64,000 nucleotides of DNA from positions 9,578,201-9,642,200 of the forward strand of contig NC_092679.1 in the NCBI RefSeq assembly GCF_964355755.1. The letters run 5' to 3'. The notes under the pieces are model-generated. The model was given only the letters and a program-made list of their open reading frames with translations, searched no databases and was not told where the DNA came from. Both the position numbers and the translations under genes were made by a program. Origin of the DNA: Antedon mediterranea. Its lineage: Eukaryota; Animalia; Echinodermata. Of this stretch, positions 55,441-64,000 are shown one piece after another. The stretch's first letter is position 1. Every line of letters starts with the position of its first letter.

Positions 55441-58079
55441 CTGTACACTTTGATGTTTTTATGTTAACAAGTTTTTCGAAAATCACAAAATGGTCTAAAA
55501 CGTCTCCAAATGCGATTTGAAGCAATTCTGTACACTTTGATAAAGTTTTTCGAAAATCACAAAATGGTCTAAAACGTCTCTAAATGCGATTTGAAGCTTT
55601 TCTGTACACTTTGATGTTTTTATGTTAACAACTTTTTTCGAAAATCACAAAATGGTCTAAAATGTCTCCAAATGCGATTTGAAGCTATTCTAAGCACTTT
55701 GATGTTTTTATGTTAACAAGTTTTTTCGAAAATCACAAAATGGTCTAAAACGTCTCCAATAGCGATTTTAAGCTATTCTGTACACTTTGGTGTTTTTATG
55801 TTAACAAGTTTTTTCGAAAATCACAAAATGGTCTAAAACGTCTCCAAATGCGATTTGAAGCTATTCTGTACACTTTGATGTTTTTATGTTAACAAGTTTT
55901 TTCGAAAATCACAAAATGGTCTAAAACGTCTACAAATGCAATTTGTAGCTATTCTAAGCACTTTTGTGTTTTTATGTTAACAAGTTTTTTCGAAAATCAC
56001 AAAATGGTCTAAAACGTCTGCAAATGCGATTTGAAACTATTCTTAGCCCATTGGTGTTTTTATTTAAACAAATTTTTTCGAAACTCACAAAATGGTCTAA
56101 AACGTCTCTAAATGCGATTTGAAGCTATTTTAAGCACTTTGGTGTTTTTGTGTTAACAAGTTTTTCGAAATGCTCAAAATGGTCTAGGCCTAAAACGTTT
56201 TTAAACACGATATTAAGCTATTTTGTTCTCTTTGATGTTTTTTTGTGAAAAGTTTTAGCAAAATGCTCAAAATGGTCTAAAACGATTTCTAATGTGATTT
56301 TAAGCACTTTGATGTTTTTATGTTAACTAGTTTTTTCGAAAATCACAAAATGGTCTAAAACGTCTCCAAATGCGATTTGAAGCTATTTTAAGCACTTAGG
56401 TGCTTTTGTGTAACCAAGTTTTTTAGAAAATCACAAAATGGTCTAAAACATCTCCAAATGCGATTTAAAGCTATTTTAAGCACTTTGGTGTTTTTATGTT
56501 AACAAGTTTTTTCGAAAATCACAAAATGGTCTAAAACGTCTCCAAATGCGATTTGAAGCTATTTTAAGCACTTTGGTGTTTTTGTGTTAACAAGTTTTTC
56601 GAAATGCTCAAAATGGTCTAAAACGTTTCCAAATGCGATTTGAAGCTATTCTGTACACTTTGATGTTTTGTGTGAAAATTTTCTGTCGAAATGCTCAAAA
56701 TGGTCAAAAACGTTTTTAAATACGATATTAAGCTACTTTGTGCTCTTTGATGTTTTTGTGTGAAATGTTTTATCGAAATGCTCAAAATGGTCTAAAACGG
56801 TTTCTAATGTGATTTCAAGCACTTTGATGTTTTTGTGTAACCAAGTTTTTCGAAAATCACAAAATTGTCTAAAACGTCTCCAAATGCGATTTGAAGCTAT
56901 TCTGTACTCTTTGATGTTTTTATGTTAACAAGTTTTTCGAAAATCACAAAATGGTCTAAAACGTCTCCAAATGCGATTTTAAGCTATTCTAAGCACTTTG
57001 GTGTTTTTATGTTAACAAGTTTTTTTGAAAATCACAAAATGGTCTAAAACGTCTCTAAATGAGATTTGAAGCTTTTCTGTACACTTTGATGTTTTTATGT
57101 TAACAAGTTTTTTCGAAAATCACAAAATGGTCTAAAACGTCTCCAAATGCGATTTGAAGCTATTCTAAGCACTTTGGTGTTTTTATGGAAACAATTTTTT
57201 TCGAAAATCACAAAATGGTCTAAAACGTCTCCAAATGTGATTTGAAGCTATTCTGTACACTTTGATGTTTTTATGTTAGCAAGTTTTTTCGAAAATCACA
57301 AAATGGTCTAAAACGTCTACAAATGCGATTTGAAGCTAATCTGTACACTTTGATGTTTTTATGTTAACAAGTTTTTTCGAAAATCACAAAATGGTCTAAA
57401 ACGTTTCCAAATGCGATTTGAAGCTATTCTGTACACTTTTATGTTTTGTGTGAAAATTTTCTGTCGAAATGCTCAAAATGGTCAAAAACGTTTTTAAATA
57501 CGATATTAAGCTACTTTGTGCTCTTTGATGTTTTTGTGTGAAATGTTTTATCGAAATGCTCAAAATGGTCTAAAACGGTTTCTAATGTGATTTCAAGCAC
57601 TTTGATGTTTTTGTGTAACCAAGTTTTTCGAAAATCACAAAATTGTCTAAAACGTCTCCAAATGCGATTTGAAGCTATTCTGTACACTTTGATGTTTTTA
57701 TGTTAACAAGTTTTTCGAAAATCACAAAATGGTCTAAAACGTCTCCAAATGCGATTTGAAGCTATTCTAAGCACTTTGGTGTTTTTATGTTAACAAGTTT
57801 TTTCGAAAATCACAAAATGGTCTAAAACGTCTCCAAATGCGATTTGAAGCTATTTTAAGCACTTTGGTGCTTTTGTGTAACCAAGTTTTTTCGAAAATCA
57901 CGAAATGGTCTAAAACGTCTCCAAATGCGATTTGAAGCTATTCTAAGCACTTTGGTGTTTTTACGTTAACAAGTTTTTTCGAAATTCACAAAATGGTCTA
58001 AAACGTCTCCAAATGCGATTTGAAGCTATTCTGTACACTTTGATGTTTTTATGTTAACAAGTTTTTTCGAAAATCACAA

Positions 58080-59430
58080 AATGGTCTAAAACGTTTCCAA
58101 ATGCGATTTGAAGCTATTCTGTACACTTTGATGTTTTGTGTGAAAATTTTCTGTCGAAATGCTCAAAATGGTCAAAAACGTTTTTAAATACGATATTAAG
58201 CTACTTTGTGCTCTTTGATGTTTTTGTGTGAAATGTTTTATCGAAATGCTCAAAATGGTCTAAAACGGTTTCTAATGTGATTTCAAGCACTTTGATGTTT
58301 TTGTGTAACCAAGTTTTTCGAAAATCACAAAATTGTCTAAAACGTCTCCAAATGCGATTTGAAGCTATTCTGTACACTTTTGTGTTTTTATGTTAACAAG
58401 TTTTTTCGAAAATCACAAAATGGTCTAAAACGTCTCCAAATGCGATTTAAAGCTATTTTAAGCACTTTTGTGTTTTTGTGTAACCAAGTTTTTTCGAAAA
58501 TCACAAAAGGGTCTAAAATGTATGTAAATGCGATTTGAAGCTATTTAAAGCACTTTGGTGTTTTTAGGTTAACAAGTTTTTTCGAAAATCACAAAATGGT
58601 CTAAAACGTCTACAAATGCGATTTGAAGCTATTCTAAGCACTTTTGTGTTTTTATGTTAACAAGTTTTTTCGAAAATCACAAAATGGTCTAAAACGTCTC
58701 TAAATGCGATTTGAAGCTTTTCTGTACACTTTGATGTTTTTATGTTAACAAGTTTTTTCGAAAATCACAAAATGGTCTAAAACGTTTTCAAATGCGATTT
58801 GAAGCTATTCTGTACACTTTGATGTTTTGTGTGAAAATTTTCTGTCGAAATGCTCAAAATGGTCAAAAACGTTTTTAAATACGATATTAAGCTACTTTGT
58901 GCTCTTTGATGTTTTTGTGTGAAATGTTTTATCGAAATGCTCAAAATGGTCTAAAACGGTTTCTAATGTGATTTCAAGCACTTTGATGTTTTTGTGTAAC
59001 CAAGTTTTTCGAAAATCACAAAATTGTCTAAAACGTCTCCAAATGCGATTTGAAGCTATTCTGTACACTTTGGTGTTTTTATGTTAACAAGTTTTTTCGA
59101 AAATCACAAAATGGTCTAAAACGTCTCCAAATGCGATTTAAAGCTATTTTAAGCACTTTTGTGTTTTTGTGTAACCAAGTTTTTTCGAAAATCACAAAAG
59201 GGTCTAAAATGTATGTAAATGCGATTTGAAGCTATTTAAAGCACTTTGGTGTTTTTAGGTTAACAAGTTTTTTCGAAAATCACAAAATGGTCTAAAACGT
59301 CTACAAATGCGATTTGAAGCTATTCTAAGCACTTTTGTGTTTTTATGTTAACAAGTTTTTTCGAAAATCACAAAATGGTCTAAAACGTCTCTAAATGCGA
59401 TTTGAAGCTTTTCTGTACACTTTGATGTTT
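58080..59430. repeat. ~691-bp (about 8-monomer) local duplication
   Basis: Marker TATGTAAATG at 58521 and 59212, with the same neighbouring monomer order. Ends are approximate. Confidence 0.8.
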
Positions 59431-59604
59431 TTATGTTAACAACTTTTTTCGAAAATCACAAAATGGTCTAAAATGTCTCCAAATGCGATTTGAAGCTATT
59501 CTAAGCACTTTGGTGTTTTTATGGAAACAATTTTTTTCGAAAATCACAAAATGGTCTAAAACGTCTCCAATAGCGATTTGAAGCTTTTCTGTACACTTTG
59601 GTGT

Positions 59605-60489
59605 GCCACGGGCGGCGTTTGAAACCCCAAGGGACATGCGTTGAACACCCATGGTCGGCGTTAGACACCAAACGTACCTTCTGTGTTTGAGGGCGATAAT
59701 CACTAACTTTTGCTTGTCTGAGGATTCTGGGATAGCTTTTATTCGATCAAGCGTAAAATTTACTTTCCAAAAATGTCAACGACAACATTTTCGCTATTGG
59801 AAAATCTTTTGAAAATATTAATTAAAAACTGATTAATTAATCAAAATTACGTTGTTTGTGGACTACACGTTTCCCGTATCTAGTCAGACAACCGGAAATA
59901 CTGATTCCTTTGTTGAAAAATGTGCAACGCGAGAAGGATTTTTTGTAGGCCCATGCAGCACGTTGTCAGAATTTACTCGCCTGAGCAACTTGCTTGTAGT
60001 GGGCATGCTCAGACTAACGATGGTGATAGGATGGTTTGATTGGGCCTAGGCTAAAATTATACGATGGCGGTTTATTTGAATAAAATAACTCGTATCTAAC
60101 TCTCCTATTATTACTTTTGTTCAAGTAAATGTACATTTATAGGTATGTATTATAAATATTTGTTTCTTGGGGTTTTCTAAATATCATTTTATTATCGTTT
60201 TTATACGATTTTTTTAAAGAAATTTTATTTAAAAATTTTATTTTTTTTAATTCATACATTTCATAAATAAAAATAAATCATACAAATATTCATTATACAT
60301 CATTTTACAGGAAATTTAATAAGGAATATTTGTTTTTAGAAACATATTTTCATACATTTATAATAAAATGATGAAATTACTGTTTTAAAAATGTCAACTC
60401 CCTGGAGTACTATAAAAATGCTGTTCTGAAAAGAATTCGGTTGAGGGGAAATGGCTCTCTCTAGGGAATTCGGTACTAAGAGGGTTTCA
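59605..60489. mobile_element. ~885-bp non-satellite insertion, probable transposable-element remnant (LTR-like or non-autonomous element); family not identified
   Basis: Abrupt switch from satellite at ...CTTTGGTGT|GCCACGGG and back at GGGTTT(CA)|AGTTTTTTCG. Perfect inverted repeat TTGAAACCC (59619-59627) / GGGTTTCAA (60482-60490). No TSD and no credible ORF. The right boundary is ambiguous by 3 bp (60487-60490) because CAA is shared with the satellite. Confidence 0.75.
59620..60489. mobile_element. Candidate long terminal repeat (870 bp, TG...CA termini with 8-bp inverted repeat)
   Basis: Begins TGAAACCC and ends GGGTTTCA, matching the canonical TG...CA short inverted ends of LTRs. It is non-coding, with several AATAAA (e.g. 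60079, 60362) and a TATAAAA (60411). No second LTR or internal domain is in the window. Confidence 0.5.
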
Positions 60490-63400
60490 AGTTTTTTCGA
60501 AAATCACAAAATGGTCTAAAACGTCTCCAAATGCGATTTGAAGCTATTCTGTACACTTTGATGTTTTTATGTTAACAAGTTTTTTCGAAAATCACAAAAT
60601 GGTCTAAAACGTCTACAAATGCGATTTGAAGCTATTCTAAGCACTTTTGTGTTTTTATGTTAACAAGTTTTTTCGAAAATAACAAAATGGTCTAAAATGT
60701 CTGCAAATGCGATTTGAAGCTATTCTTAGCACATTGGTGTTTTTATTTAAACAAATTTTTTCGAAACTCACAAAATGGTCTAAAACGTCTCCAAATGCGA
60801 TTTGAAGCTATTTTAAGCACTTTGGTGTTTTTGTGTTAACAAGTTTTTCGAAAAGCTCAAAATGGTCTAAAACGTTTTTAAACACGATATTAAGCTATTT
60901 TGTGCTCTTTGATGTTTTTTTGTGAAAAGTTTTAGTGAAATGCTCAAAATGGTCTAAAACGATTTCTAATGTGATTTTAAGCACTTTGATGTTTTTATGT
61001 TAACTAGTTTTTTCGAAAATCACAAAATGGTCTAAAACGACTCCAAATGTGATTTGAAGCTATTCTAAGCACTTTGGTGTTTTTATGTTAACAGTTTTTT
61101 CGAAAATCACAAAATGGTCTAAAACGTTTCCAAATGCGATTTGAAGCTATTCTGTACACTTTGATGTTTTTATGGTAACAAGTCTTTTAGAAAATCACAA
61201 AATGGTCTAAAACATCTCCAAATGCGATTTAAAGCTATTTTAAGCACTTTTGTGTTTTTGTGTAACCAAGTTTTTTCGAAAATCACAAAAGGGTCTAAAA
61301 TGTCTCTAAATGCGATTTGAAGCTACTCTAAGCACTTTGGTGTTTTTATGTTAACAAGTTTTTTCGAAAATCACAAAATGGTCTAAAACGTCTCCAAATG
61401 CGATTTGAAGCTATTCTGTACACTTTGATGTTTTTATGTTAACAAGTTTTTTCGAAAATCACAAAATGGTCTAAAACGTCTACAAATGCGATTTGAAGCT
61501 AATCTGTACACTTTGATGTTTTGTGTGAAAATTTTCTGTCGAAATGCTCAAAATGGTCAAAAACGTTTTTAAATACGATATTAAGCTACTTTGTGCTCTT
61601 TGATGTTTTTGTGTGAAATGTTTTATCGAAATGCTCAAAATGGTCTAAAACGGTTTCTAATGTGATTTCAAGCACTTTGATGTTTTTGTGTAACCAAGTT
61701 TTTCGAAAATCACAAAATTGTCTAAAACGTCTCCAAATGCGATTTGAAGCTATTCTGTACACTTTGGTGTTTTTATGTTAACAAGTTTTTTCGAAAATCA
61801 CAAAATGGTCTAAAACGTCTCCAAATGCGATTTAAAGCTATTTTAAGCACTTTTGTGTTTTTGTGTAACCAAGTTTTTTCGAAAATCACAAAAGGGTCTA
61901 AAATGTCTGTAAATGCGATTTGAAGCTATTTAAAGCACTTTGGTGTTTTTAGGTTAACAAGTTTTTTCGAAAATCACAAAATGGTCTAAAACGTCTACAA
62001 ATGCGATTTGAAGCTATTCTAAGCACTTTTGTGTTTTTATGTTAACAAGTTTTTTCGAAAATAACAAAATGGTCTAAAACGTCTCCAAATGCGATTTGAA
62101 GCTATTTTAAGCACTTTGGTGTTTTTGTGTTAACAAGTTTTTCGAAATGCTCAAAATGGTCTAAAACGTCTCCAAATGCGATTTGAAGCTATTCTAAGCA
62201 CTTTGGTGTTTTTATGTTAACAAGTTTTTTCGAAAATCACAAAATGGTATAAAACGTCTCCAAATGCGATTTGAAGCTATTCTAAGCACTTTGGTGTTTT
62301 TATGTTAACAAGTTTTTTCGAAAATCACAAAATGGTCTAAAACGTTTTCAAATGCGATTTGAAGCTATTCTGTACACTTTGATGTTTTGTGTGAAAATTT
62401 TCTTTTGAAATGCTCAAAATGGTCAAAAACGTTTTTAAATACGATATTAAGCTACTTTGTGCTCTTTGATGTTTTTGTGTGAAATGTTTTATCGAAATGC
62501 TCAAAATGGTCTAAAACGGTTTCTAATGTGATTTCAAGCACTTTGATGTTTTTGTGTAACCAAGTTTTTCGAAAATCACAAAATTGTCTAAAACGTCTCC
62601 AAATGCGATTTGAAGCTATTCTGTACACTTTGATGTTTTTATGTTAACAAGTTTTTCGAAAATCACAAAATGGTCTAAAACGTCTCCAAATGCGATTTTA
62701 AGCTATTCTAAGCACTTTTGTGTTTTTATGTTAACAAGTTTTTTTGAAAATCACAAAATGGTCTAAAACGTCTCTAAATGCGATTTGAAGCTTTTCTGTA
62801 CACTTTGATGTTTTTATGTTAACAACTTTTTTCGAAAATCACAAAATGGTCTAAAATGTCTCCAAATGCGATTTGAAGCTATTCTAAGCACTTTGGTGTT
62901 TTTATGGAAACAATTTTTTTCGAAAATCACAAAATGGTCTAAAACGTCTCCAATAGCGATTTGAAGCTTTTCTGTACACTTTGATGTTTTTATGTTAACA
63001 AGTTTTTTCGAAAATCACAAAATGGTCTAAAACGTCTACAAATGCGATTTGAAGCTATTCTGTACACTTTGATGTTTTTATGTTAACAAGTTTTTTCGAA
63101 ATTCACAAAATGGTCTAAAACGTCTACAAATGCGATTTGAAGCTATTCTGTACACTTTGATGTTTTTATGTTAACAAGTTTTTTCGAAAATCACAAAATG
63201 GTCTAAAACGTTTCCAAATGCGATTTGAAGCTATTCTGTACACTTTGATGTTTTGTGTGAAAATTTTCTGTCGAAATGCTCAAAATGGTCAAAAACGTTT
63301 TTAAATACGATATTAAGCTACTTTGTGCTCTTTGATGTTTTTGTGTGAAATGTTTTATCGAAATGCTCAAAATGGTCTAAAACGGTTTCTAATGTGATTT

Positions 63401-64000
63401 CAAGCACTTTGATGTTTTTGTGTAACCAAGTTTTTCGAAAATCACAAAATTGTCTAAAACGTCTCCAAATGCGATTTGAAGCTATTCTGTACTCTTTGAT
63501 GTTTTTATGTTAACAAGTTTTTCGAAAATCACAAAATGGTCTAAAACGTCTCCAAATGCGATTTTAAGCTATTCTAAGCACTTTGGTGTTTTTATGTTAA
63601 CAAGTTTTTTCGAAAATCACAAAATGGTCTAAAACGTCTCCAAATGCGATTTGAAGCTATTTTAAGCACTTTGGTGCTTTTGTGTAACCAAGTTTTTTCG
63701 AAAATCACGAAATGGTCTAAAACGTCTCCAAATGCGATTTGAAGCTATTCTAAGCACTTTGGTGTTTTTACGTTAACAAGTTTTTTCGAAATTCACAAAA
63801 TGGTCTAAAACGTCTCCAAATGCGATTTGAAGCTATTCTGTACACTTTGATGTTTTTATGTTAACAAGTTTTTTCGAAAATCACAAAATGGTCTAAAACG
63901 TTTCCAAATGCGATTTGAAGCTATTCTGTACACTTTGAAGTTTTGTGTGAAAATTTTCTGTCGAAATGCTCAAAATGGTCAAAAACGTTTTTAAATACGA
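60490..64000. repeat. Tandem satellite DNA array, 88-bp monomer (right arm; runs off the window end)
   Basis: The same monomer and variant cassettes resume at (CA)AGTTTTTTCGAAAATCAC straight after the insert, in the same orientation. Confidence 0.99.

Larger units (their letters stand above)
1..59604. repeat. Tandem satellite DNA array, 88-bp monomer (left arm; runs off the window start)
   Basis: TGGTCTAAAA recurs at 3, 91, 179 etc. (88-bp period). Consensus is TGGTCTAAAACGTCTCCAAATGCGATTTGAAGCTATTCT(AAG/GTA)CACTTTG(G/A)TGTTTTTATGTTAACAAGTTTTTTCGAAAATCACAAAA. Three identical consecutive copies start at 1991, 2079 and 2167. All copies read are in the same orientation. Confidence 0.99.

Noticed and set aside
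59601-59625. GC-rich segment ending TTGAAAC, resembling a CRISPR repeat 3' end; right end TTCAA resembling IS200/IS605 right ends
   Set aside because: Single short matches in a eukaryotic-looking satellite context, with no nuclease or transposase ORF. They are better explained as the element's inverted ends.
59431-59703. 90-aa minus-strand ORF
   Set aside because: Chimeric across the insert/satellite junction, and about two-thirds is satellite translation.
59718-59724. CTGAGGA hammerhead ribozyme core motif
   Set aside because: No stem II followed by GAAA could be built nearby. No HDV-like or twister fold was found by eye.
59852-60049. 65-aa plus-strand ORF within the insert
   Set aside because: TTG start, short, and no transposase, RT or integrase motif recognised.
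59604-60489. Intact solo LTR starting at TG 59604 with TSD
   Set aside because: The flanks (TGGTG vs AGTTT) are not duplicated and the end complementarity is weaker than for TG 59620. A canonical TGG-starting primer-binding site was also not found next to either end.
1-64000. CRISPR array interpretation of the regular repeats
   Set aside because: There are no unique spacers. The whole 88-bp unit is repeated, and no cas genes are present.

Overview
About 98.6% of this window is one AT-rich, head-to-tail tandem satellite array. It has an 88-bp consensus monomer, frequent 87-bp copies and recurrent 77/78-bp variants, for roughly 720-730 monomers estimated from length. I saw no inversion. It looks like eukaryotic centromeric or pericentromeric heterochromatin, but neither the organism nor centromere function can be determined from sequence. 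The array has layered higher-order structure: two related divergent-monomer cassettes, local 0.7-1.0 kb duplications, ~6 kb tandem duplications and a near-perfect 15,553-bp tandem duplication. The only non-satellite DNA is an ~885-bp insert at 59605-60489. It has TGAAACCC...GGGTTTCA inverted ends, a 15-bp GC-rich extension on the left and no target-site duplication, and it replaces 11-14 bp of a monomer. The best reading is an LTR or remnant of a mobile element. No credible protein-coding gene, RNA gene or CRISPR array is present. All counts and alignments were done by eye.
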